Below, piece after piece: positions 38,835 through 52,234 of a stretch of DNA of 64,000 nucleotides (positions within the stretch are counted from its first letter, which is position 1; each line of letters opens with the position of its first letter). The stretch comes from Cirrosporium novae-zelandiae (Eukaryota), in the NCBI GenBank assembly GCA_026023565.1, contig JAPETS010000013.1, positions 310,001 to 374,000 on the forward strand, written 5' to 3'. The notes under the pieces are model-generated. The model searched no databases. It worked only from the letters and a program-made list of their open reading frames with translations, and had not been told where the DNA came from. The position numbers and the translations under genes were made by a program.

Positions 38835-39829
38835 ATGTCCTATTTGGGCATTCTTGATCCCAGCACATCCCAGCTCCTCCCTATAATGCCTGACCCTCGC
38901 AGACTCTCATCCCCCTCGTGGCTATATCCTATTCGAGGACTCTACTATTTCATCCGCCATCCTTATTTCTGGCCCCTGTTTTCTGGTCGCTTATTGCCAG
39001 TAACTTTACTCTCGCTATTGGTCTTCCTATTCCTCCTTTTCTTCACCTATCTCCCGCAGGTCGCCTTCCTCGCCATTTTTCATGGCCGACATCTCGCCTT
39101 GATCAATGCGCTATTCCTTGTCTTGGGTGAGACTGCAGCCATAGTTGCCTTGCTGTTCGAAGCTTTCTTCGCTGATGAGACCCTGGTCGATGTCTTTGAT
39201 GCTGTGCTCATCGATGGGGGTTTCGAGGATCTCGTTCTTACAAACCGCGTGGTAAAGCCTACGGAGGATGCACATAATTCTGTAAAGCGGCTGGGGAAAC
39301 CGTTCAAAAGCGCCATCTACTCTCCCTTCTCCTTCCGCCAGATTCTGGAGTTTGTACTACTGCTTCCACTCAATCTAATACCTGTCGGTGGAACACCAGC
39401 CTTTCTAATTTTGACTGGCTACCGTGCTGGTCCCTTACACCATTGGCGGTACTTTACTTTGTTGAACCTCTCGAAAAAGGAGCGAAAGATATTTGTGAAG
39501 AAGAGACAAATGAGATATACATGGTGAGTATTAGAGCAGACCTAATCCAGATTCCCAGTACCATTATGGATTGCCCATATAATCTATTAAAACTACATAA
39601 ATGAAGACAAGGCTTGACAGATGTATACAGGTTCGGTACTATAGCACTCATTCTACAACTTATACCCGTCCTTTCCATGTTTTTCCTCCTGACAACGGCC
39701 GCTGGATCAGCTTTGTGGGTGATTGAACTAGAGGAGAGGAGGAAATACGTGGAGAGTGAAGCAGAGGCAAATACCAATAGGTACCGAGATGACCCTCCCG
39801 GATACGAAGCAGGGGAATCACGGAATTAA
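38835..39829 (+). CDS. EI24-domain membrane protein (RRT8/LDS outer spore wall-like), 2 exons (start may be 38886)
   Basis: YPIRGLYYF, FTYLPQVAFL, LVDVFDAVL, LPLNLIPVGG, HHWRYF, W|FGTIALILQLIPVLSMFFLLTTAAGSALW. Confidence 0.82.
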
Positions 39830-39988
39830 GATGTAATCCAGCCCCTACCCTATTGTAGGAAACAACAAGAGTCTTGTTCATTAAATACATATACAATAGA
39901 AAGTGTATCCAAGTATATAATCCACAAAGCCTCTGGTGATGTGGTTTCCAGTACACGCACTGGTATTAATTAGGACAAAAAGTGTGGA

Positions 39989-41935
39989 TTATATCTGAAT
40001 TGGGTGTCGGGTAACCTTCTTTGTAGACGTGATTTTGGCCTTCTTGGTATGTCTTGATTGGATTCTGGTTGTAAATTTAGGCTTGTGTTTCCTTTGGTAA
40101 TTCAATACTCCCTCACCTGGTGGTCGCCCATATAATAGCTTTTCCCTCCGACGCTCGAATTCTGCCCAGTTTGACCCTAACAAGATTTCCAGAAAACTCT
40201 TTTTACCTGTTCGTAATACATCTGCATAAGGACCCTCGTCAATTGCATACGTTTTTATAGCCAACTTCAACTCATGCCTCATACGCCTGAACCTGGCTTG
40301 GAGCTCTGGGGTTTTAGTTATCCCCGTTCCTAAATCTCTCTGTGGATTTGCTGGATCTTGTATGCAGAATTTGAGTGGATTGACTCTGGTGATTCTGGCA
40401 ATTCGATGCTGGCCGAATAATATTGGATCCTCAAGTGCCCTTTCCTTCTCTCGGACCGAGATTTCCGCCTTATGGCGATGTTTGGGAAAGAAACAAGGGG
40501 GGTCAGCAGCAATTCCAAATCTATAGGTGTCCATGTAACCATATAGTTTGAGAAAAGCAAGAAGTTCACTAGCAGCATCAACCGACAGAGAGTGGTTCAG
40601 CTTAAGTGATGCTACAATCATCATAAGAAGTGTGTAAGAAGCTGGAGCGCCATTTCCAGTATGGCCAAGTCCATGTCGAATAAGAATAGCCTTAAGAACT
40701 AAGTAGAGTGGTCGGAGGAGGGGTAATTCTTGCAAATATGTTTTAGCATATTCGATTGGAGTACGAGTGTCTCCGCTGGCCTGGATTTGCACTGCAACTC
40801 CACTTGCCTTTTCAATGGTATTAACTATGGGAATGGATATATCCCCCAGGTAAAAAGTATTACTATAAAGTTGTGGCTTCGAACGAAGAATGTTGTATAT
40901 GATTTTTAACTTTTTCTTAGCAACCGCTTGTGTCTCGGGGTTGTTGGCTCTTGGGCCTCTTGTGAAAGGATCCTTTTCAAGATGCGGTAGAACAAGTTTG
41001 AGGTTGAGATCGGAGAATGGAGTGGCAAGGCCAGTTTCATGCGACCCGACGAGCTGAAGGTCAAACGATGGAGACAATGTGTTGACCGTGTAGGATGCAA
41101 ATCTTTCTTGAACCCGTTCTAGAGCTACGTATTCATCTTGAGTGAGACTTACATATTCAGCAAAAGAAAGTATCTCACTACTTAGGCTTGAAGGGTATTA
41201 GTGTTTTCCAAGGTAGATTTGAAAAAGATGAACGAACCGCGATGATGCGTCGCCGGCCTTGCTCATATATGGTGAGATCCATGGACAAAGAACCTTCTCC
41301 GAGAATGTGATCACCGGACCTTCGTACGAAGGATTTTTGAAAAATTTTATATCCCCGTCCCCCATGCCAGCCATTATGTTCATCTCTGCTTCCAGGGGTT
41401 CTTCCGGAGATGCTTCCTTCGGGTTACATGTTGAGTGAGAAGCATTCATGGAAGTTTCTACATCATCATTCTCAGTACTCAGATCACCTTCACTGGATAT
41501 GTGTCTGCTTTCATCTGATTCACTATTCGGCTCCGATTCCCTCCTTGAGACATATTCAACATGTGGGCGCAGGATAGGTGAAGAAGATGGGGTATCGGAT
41601 TTCACGTTGCGGATGATGGAAGCTCTATTAGCAGTTCGATGCGCTTCAAGTGTGGCTTGTAAATCATCAATAATTATGTTCTTGAAATTTGGTCGGATTC
41701 TTTGTGTCTCTGCTGCTCTTTTCCTTGGGAGATGACGACGTCGTGCAGAAAGGTGCAATAGATTGTTCGACGTAGGATTCGATTCAAAGTTCAATGTGGA
41801 TGAAAAAAATTGACGACAGGCCGGGGTTCGACTAGTATTGGCACCTAGAGAGAAAGCGCCGGACAAGGCTCGCGCAATGCTATACCTGTTTTCAGTAAAA
41901 CAAATTTCATAATGCCTTGGATTCAATGAATACAT
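39989..41935 (-). CDS. Trf4/Cid1-family non-canonical poly(A) polymerase-like nucleotidyltransferase, probably mitochondrial
   Basis: R|LSSEILSFAEYVSLTQDE, VGSHETGLATPFSDLNL, IPIVN, PLLRPLYLVLKAIL..HGL, SYTLLMMI, LLAFLKLYG, CIQDPANPQRDLG; Arg/Ser-rich, acid-poor N-terminus. The start codon is uncertain. Confidence 0.8.
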
Positions 41936-43376
41936 GTGGACAGGGCAAAAGGTGGTTGTTTGATGGACTGGGGTCACTGGACTTGTCGGTCCCTTAAAGT
42001 TGGTACGCTATAAATTGTCGGGGTAGTATACAAAATACCCTGAAGGCCTCCGTAGCTTGGCTTTGGATCCGGGCCGATGCCAGGATGGCTGACTACTACT
42101 TGAGTACGCAAACATGATACGAGATTTCAACTTCCCCTCGACCGTCGGCTTCTTCCTTTGTTCATGGCTTCCTACATTAAATACTGTGTAGATTATTGTC
42201 CAGTTATATATAATAGTTACAACCGATTGGTCAACTATTGGTTAGCCACAGCCTACGAAACATTCCAGATGAATCGAAGGAATCGAATGCTCAGTTGAGT
42301 AAATATGTGTCTTTGACTACTCGTGGTGCTTGTGCGCTGGACGGAAAGCGTGGTTGGTGGGCTTTGTCACGTTACAAATGTTGAATAGTTGGATCAAGGA
42401 TGAAAGAGAGTTTCATTGACATGAAGAAGATTCGCAGATTTGCAGGTTCAAAGCCTTCCAAGTGGGGACTTGAATACTTCCTAGAGAGACTATCTACCCT
42501 CCCGAGGTTGTTGGTCTGAGGTCTGCGGGTTGTCGAATGATCGATCCATCCATCATCTCTAGTCTTCCCGATAAGACGTGGATTTTCTTGATCCTTTCAT
42601 GGACCGTTGAATAGATACAGTGTATGAAGTAGAATATACAGAGTATACCTACCTATACGGTAGGTAAATAAAAAATCAAAACCCGAAGGGTGGGGTTATC
42701 GTAATTTATTGATCTTATCAGAATAATACATGATAGATACATACGTGGATATTTCAACCTCATACTTCCCAAGGACGAAAAATAAAGAAAAGAAAACAAA
42801 CTCCTACATTAGAAGAGGGCTTGTTTTATACATTTCATATTAGATAGACTATGACGAGTTTATCTATCTACGTATCTACTTGATATATCCGTAATCAATC
42901 GTTACCTGCATGAAGAGGCGGTGGAACTTTTCAGGTGTATCTTGTGTATCTGGCGTATCTTGCGTATCTTTGTACCTTTTCTTCGTACTTGGTACCATGA
43001 CCCGTAATTCTTTTCCTAATTGTTAAAAATGTCCTTGAACTGCCCCTCCGCCATCACTTTTACAGTCTGCACATGCTAATTGCTGCACCACCACCTTGTC
43101 GATATTCATTCCACCATGTTGTCCTATTGATTCCGGTCCTGGCCGTCAACATCCAATCCTACTCTTCCATATCCCTACCTAACAACCTCTCATGAGTTCG
43201 ACCTCTGCCCCTCTCTAGCCAGAGCGTCCATTCGCTGAGGGAGTTCTTTTTCTTTACTTTTGCATACTGTACGGCTTCTCCCCTCGTTCCTGTTCTCAAG
43301 AACCCTCTCTTTGCCCCATTTCCTGGTCCTCACTGACTCATTGCCCGCCATGCAGCCTACATACAGTATTTTCAAG

Positions 43377-46300
43377 ATGTCTAAACCTCAATCCGACTCC
43401 AGTCGGAAGGCCTCCATCACTGAAGTTCCAGTGACACCTGGTGTCAGCATAACTGGCCATTCTGCTTATGAAGAACCAGAACCAACTCAACCGCTCGCAA
43501 CACCTGGCATAGTACAAACCCCCAAAGCTATTGATGATTCAACTACGGATCAACCTCCCCATTGGAACGCAAACTCATACTTCCCCCAACCTCCAGAAAC
43601 TGATGGGTCGCATGGGCGTCCTCACTCTCCTACAAAGGTAGCAGCTGGTGCAAAATCAGGAGCTGAACTACTTCGCCGGCTGAGCCTTGTCGAAACACCG
43701 AGGCCAGAAACCCCGATAGATACAGATCCTCGAGAACTTCATCCAAATCTTCACTTGAGTGGGAACGTCATCAGCGCAACATTTTGCTTACCTCATACTG
43801 TTGGGCTTAAAAGCCGGGGACAATGGGTGTGTAAAGTATAAGATCCTTTATATTTCATTACTAACGTACTGTAGGAATTGACACCTAGGCGTGGCACTTC
43901 TGCCCTTTTTGACTCATTTTCCTATCTCTCATCTGGCAAAACACCATGGCGGCATACATTAGTTGGCTGGACGGGTGAGATAGAGCCAGTTCAAGAGACA
44001 GTAGCGTCACTTGCCCCACAAGTAGCTTATAACAGTTCTCTCGCTAAGAGCGGGCCGAGCTCCCTGAGCAAGGCCTCTGCTCCGATCCCAGTGGATGCAA
44101 ATGCAAAGCCACAAGCCAATCCTGCAGTTGATGGCATAAAGCTCACCAAAGCGGACAGAGAACGGCTTGAACAGCGCCTATACCGAGATCCATGTGGACA
44201 TATCATACCGGTCTGGTTACCAGATGAGCAGGAAGATCCAGACGGAGATGCTCTTTTTAAAGACCAAGTCCGATGGAGGAATTATGCAGAACACGAACTT
44301 TATACGTTGTTTCACTATAAACAACATGGGCCAACTGACGGACGGGCAGAACGAAAATGGTGGCTGGATTATTATAATATGAACCAAAAGTTTGCGGAGA
44401 AAATACTTCAAATCTATAAACCAGGTGATATCGTTTGGATCCATGATTATCATCTATTCTTGGTACCTGGTATGCTCCGGCAACGAATCCCAAGTATGTA
44501 TATTGGATTCTTCCTTCATATTCCTTTCCCTAGTAGTGAATATATGCGCTGCTTGACTCGGAGGAAGGATCTTTTGACGGGAGTCCTTGGAGCAAACATG
44601 ATTGGCTTTCAGTCTTATAGTTATTCCCGGCATTTCGTCTCTTGTTGCACTCGTATCCTCGGCTTTGAATCTTCTTCTGCCGGTGTGAATGCCTATGGTG
44701 CACATGTGGCAGTCGATGTATTCCCAATTGGAATTGATGCGGCGATGGTTTCAAGAATCGCCTATGAAGACCCTCAAGTCAAAGAGAAAATCGACGCAAT
44801 CCGGGAGATGTACTATGGAAAGAAGATCATTGTGGGAAGAGATCGACTAGACACTGTCAGAGGAGTTGCGCAGAAGCTTATGGCTTTCGAGATGTTCTTG
44901 GAACGATATCCAGAATGGCAAGAAAAGGTTGTCCTCATTCAGGTAACCAGCCCCACAAGCATAAAAGAAGAGCGCGACGACGCAGACAAAAAGATTTCTA
45001 AACGCATCTCCGAGCTCGTTTCCCGAATCAACGGCCGTTTTGGCTCCATAAGCTTCTCCCCCGTCCAGCACTACCCACAGTACATATCCAGAGACGAATA
45101 CTTCGCACTTCTCCGTGTTGCCGATGTTGGTTTAATCACCAGTGTCCGTGATGGCATGAATACAACCAGCCTAGAATATGTGGTCTGTCAAAATGGCAAC
45201 TACGGCCCTGTCATTCTTTCCGAATTCTCGGGTACCGCTGGATCCCTCAGCAGCGCCATGCACATCAACCCATGGGATCTTGGCGGGGTCGCCGCAGCCA
45301 TTAACCGCGCCCTTGCTATGCCATCTGACGAGAAGGTGATCCAACATAAGAAACTGTATAGACATGTTACGACACATACCGTGCAAGCATGGGCAAACCT
45401 GTATCTCAAGCGTCTGCTTACTAATCTATCGTCCTTTAACCAGTCACTCTCCACTCCAGCCCTTGACAAAGCTAAACTCCTAGCCCAATACCGTCTCGCC
45501 AAGCACAGACTCTTCATGTTTGACTATGACGGGACTCTTACACCGATTGTCCGCGACCCGCAAGCCGCCATCCCGTCCGATCGGGTCATCCGCACCCTCA
45601 AGACACTTGCTTCTGATCCACGCAACTCTGTCTGGATCATCAGTGGCCGTGATCAAGTGTTCCTTGATGAGTGGATGGGACATATTCCCGAGCTAGGCCT
45701 CTCTGCCGAGCACGGCTGCTTCATCCGTCACCCCAGATCGGATAAATGGGAGAACTTGGCGGCGAAAACGAACATGGACTGGCAGAAAGAGGTCATAGAC
45801 ATTTTCCAGCACTACATGGAACGCACCCAAGGCTCCTTCATCGAACGCAAGCGTGTAGCTCTAACCTGGCATTATCGACGTGCAGATCCCGAATATGGCG
45901 CGTTCCAAGCCAGGGAGTGCCGAAAGCACCTGGAGAACTCGGTGGCCAAGAAATGGGATGTAGAAGTCATGGCAGGGAAAGCCAACATTGAAGTGAGACC
46001 ACGATTTGTAAATAAAGGCGAAATTGTGAAGAAGCTTGTAAATGAATTCAAGACAGAAGAGGGAATGAGTCCAGAGTTTATTTACTGTTTGGGTGACGAT
46101 TTTACGGATGAAGGTACAGTTTCACCAGATCCCTCTCCTCCTCCCCTGCTCATCCTGCACTTTCTTCTTCTTCCTATCCTGTCCCGTTCCCTCACATCAC
46201 AAAACACGAACGCATACAAAAAAATAAAAAATAAAAAACAAACACACAAATTTTGGATATTCCTAATCTGACACTTAAACAGACATGTTCCGCGCCCTCC

Positions 46301-46494
46301 GCAACTCTAATCTCCCTGATGACCACGTCTTCGCTTGTACAGTAGGCGCCTCCTCCAAACAAACGCTAGCGAACTGGCACCTGCTAGAACCCTCGGATGT
46401 CATAGCCTCGATCGCGTTGCTGAATGGCCATGCTGATGCCAGCGACCTCGGGGCCGTGGCACTGGTGCAGGGGGCCGCCGAACCGAGGCTGTAG
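43377..46494 (+). CDS. TPS2: Trehalose-6-phosphate phosphatase (GT20 + HAD domains), 3 exons (in-frame upstream ATG at 43350 possible)
   Basis: WIHDYHL, FFLHIPFPSSE, RDGMNTTSLEY, HAD motif FMFDYDGTLTP, LSAEHG, WHYRRADPEYG, GDDFTDE|DMF; introns near 43827-43874 and 46113-46280. Confidence 0.96.
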
Positions 46495-47204
46495 TCGCTA
46501 TCGAGGGGATGCAATGGAAATGACATGAAATGGAGTTCGAAGAGGGGGCGGTTTTTAGTAAAGTACAATCGATGACAACGACAATGACGATGATGATAGA
46601 ATAAATAAAAAAATAAAACAATACGACACGATACAAGCAAAGCAATGCACAAACACGAACCTCGTTGGAGAAGGGTAGGAATAGCACATTGAGTCATACA
46701 GGTTGCTGGACTTCAGATATGTCTAGGATTACTACCCCTCCATAACACGAAATCACCTCGATTTAAATAAATTTTTTTTTTGAAAAGCCATCTTCTATTA
46801 ATGATTTCTTGCCTTTGTTAAGAGTGAAATTAACTATCGTAAACGTCAGCATGTTTATTTATATCCGTTTTACTTTCAGTTCTATGCTTGAATTAATTGT
46901 TGTCTCTTTGGTTTCTGGGACTCGGCATCCAAATCAACATATCACTTTCTTTTTCATTTCCCATATTTACTAACGAATACCTAGTGAGAGGCCGAAGCTG
47001 CTAACCTAACTCAAGCTAGCATCATGCAAGACTGAAGCTATTGATAGTGCATGTGCATGGAAAGTTTCCTAGCAAGATCACAGATAATTTCCGAAAGGAA
47101 TTGGGAAAATAATCACTTTATGTGTAGGACTCTGCAAGGAGCAGGCAACCCAAACAAATTCAACAACATTTGTTTTTCCGGGTTGAGACTTCACCCAAAC
47201 CTCA

Positions 47205-49504
47205 TCATTTCTCCGACTCGCGTTCCAACCCAGCAGCACAGGTGTTGTTCCACCACTCCAGTTCCAAATTATCCAGATACCACATGCGGTCGCCAAGGCC
47301 CGGCACAGTGGCTCTGATTCTCAGCCCCGAGAGCATCTGATACTGGGTCCCAAAAGCCACTTCCACCAGTGAGCAGTTCGGCCGCACTCCTGGGCAAGGA
47401 GGCAATTCTACCGCTCCTTCCGTCAGGATGACTTCGCTCTTGGATATGGCATCGTACTTCAAGCCAGTGATATTGAGGGTACAAGGATCCGGGCCAGGAT
47501 TGTCGCAGCCAAGATAGGCGCTGTAGACATTGAACCAATAGGCAGTTTCGTAGTCACGGGGCCCGGCACCCAGTTCGCCTCCTTCTTCGAGTCCGGCATC
47601 GGGGGAACTGGTATCAGTGGATGTGCCGTTGGGAGTGTAGACTGCTAGATGAGGGGGGGAGAATGGGAGATAAGGGTCAGTTGGCGGAGGGACATATGCG
47701 AAGCCGCCAGAGAAATAGAAATGATCATAGGGATTGAAGATGGGAGGGAAATCAGCGGTGTCATTGTTAGCCGGCGAGAATGAAGGAAGATCATCAAACT
47801 GAGAGTATTAGCGTTGTCTTAGAGGAGATTCTTGTTATTGCTACTTACATCGATAGTGAATTTGCCGCTGAGTCCACAGGATGTAGATGCAACAGACGCT
47901 AAAGATGTTGCGCTAGTCGAAAATGTTGTTGCTGTGGTTATTGATATAGCAGTGGTATTCATCGATGTTGACGAAGAGTTGTACGACATGGTTGATCTAA
48001 TAATGAGAGAGGTTGAAGCTGAGGTCACTATAGTTATTTTTTTATTAGTATCTTAGTAGTAGAGAATGTAAAACCAAGAAGAAACTCAACTGGCGTACCT
48101 GGAGTAGGTGTAGGGGTGCCCTCTTTACAAGTGTCTGTGCTAGAAGCACTCGAGGTTGCTAGTAACGGATACCCGGGCCAGTTATTTGTCCACGAAACAA
48201 CTTGCCCATCAATTGTGGCTGTAACCATGGTAGGAACCTTTCGTTTCTTTTTCTCCTGGGTAATACTTGCAAGGTCTGGCACGGGATAAACCGAAAAGGC
48301 CCTGTCCAAGTTATATGAGCTAGAACTACGTGGAGAGACGGTCACAGTCATAATGGTTGAATCTTTAGCATATGTCGAGTGTTCAAGATGCGAACTCTTA
48401 GTCTCAGTAAAAGGGTCGGTGGTGATGTTAGACTTTGTTTCCCCAGTTGTCATTATTTGCTTCCCCGAGGATGTATAAGTATCATTGATAGTAGCGACAG
48501 AAGAGGTTTTCAGGGTACCAACTGTAGTTGGAGCTACTTCCGTCATTAATGAGGTTTTAATCCATGGGAGGGGAACGTTAGCTGGTCCAGTACCAGCAGA
48601 ATATATGATTGGTGAAGATTCACTAGATTGAGCGGTAGCTGTCTTTGTCAGAGTCTTTGTGGTGAATGAGGTAACCTTCAAAGTGGTTGTGCTCGTGGTA
48701 TTCGAGGTATTAGAATTAAAAAACAAAGCTGCACTTGAATACGCAGTCAGAATTTCTGTCGTATTTATGGTTGTGTTCACCGTTTTCGGGTCTGATGTGC
48801 TCGGAGGAATGGAGAGAGGGTTCAACATAAGAGTTGTTTTTTGGCTAACGATAGTTTCCACGGAGGGTGGAGTGGCCCCTATCCAGATAGTGGAGGTTCC
48901 ATTAACAGTATTCACGACGTAGGAATATCGATTTTCTGTCAATGGGATGGTTTTAGAATAGGTCGCAGAGAATGTCACTGTAGGTGGGAGAGGGGGAAAA
49001 GTTGGAGCAAGCTGCAGGTTGTCGGTGAAAGCTGATGCATCAACAGAAAAGAGGGAGTTCAATTCTGATGACAATGCAGCTGCAGCGGCACTGCCAATTG
49101 TAGGAATCTCGACAATATGTTCGGTGACGGTAACAGTGGTTGGAATAGAGACAGTAATAGTATTGTTGACCGTAGGTGCAGGGCCGCAAACAGTAGAAAT
49201 ACCAGAGGAGTTGAGGAGTCCACTATATCTCAGTAGTTAGTGAGGTTACATGCTTATTGATTGATGATGAGAGTAAGGTCGGTGGATAGAACAGTTCAGC
49301 GTGCCAATTCAATCTTGCTGCTAGGCCTCACCAGCATCCTGGTTCGAGCATAGCAAACCCTACCAGAATCTTGTAGATCTCGAAGTAACGTCGATCAGTC
49401 CAGCCATCTTGATTCGAGATGAAGTCATATATATAGAACTTTGCTTACCTCTGAGCCAGGGCCATGGCAGAGCAGAGGGCCAGAATGATGGCAGAGAGCC
49501 ACAT
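47205..49504 (-). CDS. Secreted Ser/Thr-rich protein with conserved fungal C-terminal beta-domain, 4 exons
   Basis: Signal peptide MWLSAIILALCSAMALA; intron 49223-49448 links it in frame; VTATIDGQVVSWTNNW motif; last exon FDDLP..PPIFNPYDHFYFSGGFAYVPPP..WFNVYSAYLGCDN..WYLDNLELEWWNNTCAAG. Confidence 0.78.
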
Positions 49505-50396
49505 GACGTTGTATTCAATAAACGAATGACCTCTATCGATGTTCGCCTAGCTAAAGGGAAGTAAAAGAGAGTGAAGTGAAAACGACTGACTGACTTCAGC
49601 GAGGAAGATGAAGTTATTGAAAAATGAATGTAAAGGGAAGCGGATAGGTTAGGGCTTATAGAAAGAAAGGGAGAGAGGAGTAGAAAGAGAGAGGTGTAGA
49701 TGAAATAGTAGAAAAAGTGAGAAGTGAAAAGTGAAAGAGTGGAAGGAGTGAGTGATTGTGTGGAGATAAGACAGCGTTTGTGTTGTTGTAATAGTCGGAA
49801 ACTACGAAATTTCCATTTTAGGTTGACTTGTACTGTACCCTTTTGATACTCTCCCTCTCATTTCTTTCACGCTCAACTGTGTGTCCTACCCAAATATCCC
49901 CTTACAGGAGTCATGGCTTAGTCCTTGCATAGGTAAAGTAGGCATCTCGTGTGGTGATACAAGATGGTCTGATGGTTATAGACAGTCCCCTCGGATGATT
50001 GTTTGGATACTCAACATATGCAGGAACCCGAAGTGAGGTCAAAAGATCACAGAGACAGTTCCCTGGGTAGTGATCATGGTAATGTTTGATATTATTTGCA
50101 AATATCTAAATTACCAAACTATTATCCTTACCTCTCTTTCCCAATGTCAAGGCTATACCCTGACGACTACCATGGTTCGGCATCAATATTTTAGCGAGTT
50201 TGCGAGGCTGGACGGCTAGGCTAGCCGGACCAACTAAACTAATCATGTGCTTTACTGTAGGTGCCCTTGGCCCCTCGCTCGCAAGGGTAAAATGTGGCAA
50301 TCAACCACCTAGGCCGCCTGGGAGTTTGGCGGCCATTGGTATATCAAATGATTGAGTCATTCGCAGAGTAAACCGCGTACCTTTGCTGCTCCAATT

Positions 50397-52234
50397 TCAC
50401 GGCTCGCCTTCTCTCGGTGTCATTTTCTCCTTCACCTCTAACCTCCTCCTATCATCTTGCATTTTTTGTATCAGTCCACTTTTCATGCGGATTCTATGAC
50501 CATACTTGTAAAATGCAAAGGGGATGGGGATGATGAGAACCTCGAGCAACCCTAGAAAAGTGCCTGCCCAGCGAGGTCCCATTACGGAATACATGGACGG
50601 CCCCGCTAACGGTAATGTTGCTCCAAACATGCTTCTGATCACACTATTTCCCGCCAACGCTGACGCGGCATAGACACCGTATGAATGGGCCAGGTAATTT
50701 GTTGCGTAAATAAAAACTGCAGTATTGCCCATACCAAATGGTATTCCAGCTAGGATCGGGGCGATCCAGTGTATGGTTTTAGGGACTGAAGTCCAAGCAA
50801 ACCATAACTGTCCAACGGGAAGAAGAATGGTTGCAATACAAACAATAGAAACCATCGCCTCGGGAGTGGCATGGCCTGTCATGGGGTCAGGCTTGTGGGA
50901 TTTGATGATGCGGCGATATACTGGTTCAAGGATGATCGATATCAAGCTTCCCATCCCAATCCCAACGAAAGCTAGACCTGATATGCCAGTGCTCCAACCT
51001 CGTATCCCAGTGAAAACAATAGGGTACGCAACAAAGCAAAGATAGAGAAGTCCATACACGACTGATATGTAAGCATCCCAAAAGATACTGCATTCTCTCA
51101 GTTTCAATTAAATATGTGGGATGGGCTTCCGTATACTACGATAAGCCGTATAAAAACGGGAAGTACTTACCAAATTGGCTCAGTGACCATCATAATAAAG
51201 GGCCTAGAAAGATTGACCCGGAGTCGCTCCGCAAGTCCAACCCTTTGGTCATATCTGCACCACCAGCGTTCATCACCCGTTTCCTCCCTTCTTTGTCGAG
51301 CCTTCTTCTGGAGAATTGCAGGGGCATACGTCTCCTCGACTATACACATAAATACGAAGGCCACTCCAGAAAGAATCATCACGATCCAATTCGTCCAACG
51401 CCAACCGAGGTATTCGGTGACAAACCCGCCTATTATAGGGCCGAAAACTGGACCGTTGAGAGGGCCTATCGACCAGATTGAGAAAGCCAGAGCTCTGTAT
51501 TTTTCTGTGCTAACATCGGAAACAGTCCCAGGCGCATTTGCAATCATCGCAGAACCAGCAAAGGCTCCGAAGAACCTCACAACAAGAACCTCTGCAAGGG
51601 AGGATCCGATACCGCAAGGGATAAATAAGACAACAAAAATTGCCATAGAGATAATGTACACGGGTCTTCGTCCATATGTTTCAGAGAGAGGAGCAAGGGT
51701 AACAGATCCAAGGGCGAGGCCCATAAGATATGTTGTCATGCCAAGCGTCACTACTGGTTCAGACGAGACGTTGAATTCCTCCATCATCTGAGCAATTCCG
51801 CTTGAGTATGAGGTGGAATAAATAACTCTGCAAGATACTTTGATTTAGCTAGACAGTTCTAGAGACCAGAATCAGGAAAGTGGAAGGTCTTACACTACCA
51901 AAGTGGAAAAGGAAACAAAGCCGAGAGTCAGGCCCTTGTACCATATGGACCAGTTATGAGGATTGAGAGGATCATTGTCGTCAAAATCAATTTCAAAATT
52001 TGGATTGGACGTACCGGCTGTCCCAATCGACGTCGCTTTCCGGGAAAGCGGAGGTTCTGTGAGGTTCCATGAAACAGGGGATATCTGTGGCGAGAGGCCT
52101 CTTTCTGCATTCTGAATTTCATCAATTGTGTCCTCTTGTATGTCCTCTGATGCCGTTTCTATACTAAGAACATCCACATCCTTGGACGTGCTACCGTCAA
52201 CCCCTATATCATTTTCTGATTTTTCGGACGTCAT
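50397..52234 (-). CDS. MFS drug:H+ antiporter (DHA1 family), 3 exons
   Basis: FDDNDPLNPHNWS, APLSETYGRRPVY, LGWRWTNW, EETYAPAILQKKA, RPFIMMVTEPI, YAASALAGNSVIRS. Confidence 0.94.

Noticed and set aside
42430..42470. GCAGGTTCAAAGCC resembling a tRNA T-arm (similar GGTTCGAC at ~11780)
   Set aside because: No matching D-arm, anticodon arm or acceptor stem could be built.
46480..46494. TPS2 C-terminal -PRL as a PTS1; ALDH C-terminal -ENEL (6999-7010) as an ER retrieval signal
   Set aside because: Both are non-consensus variants with no other support.
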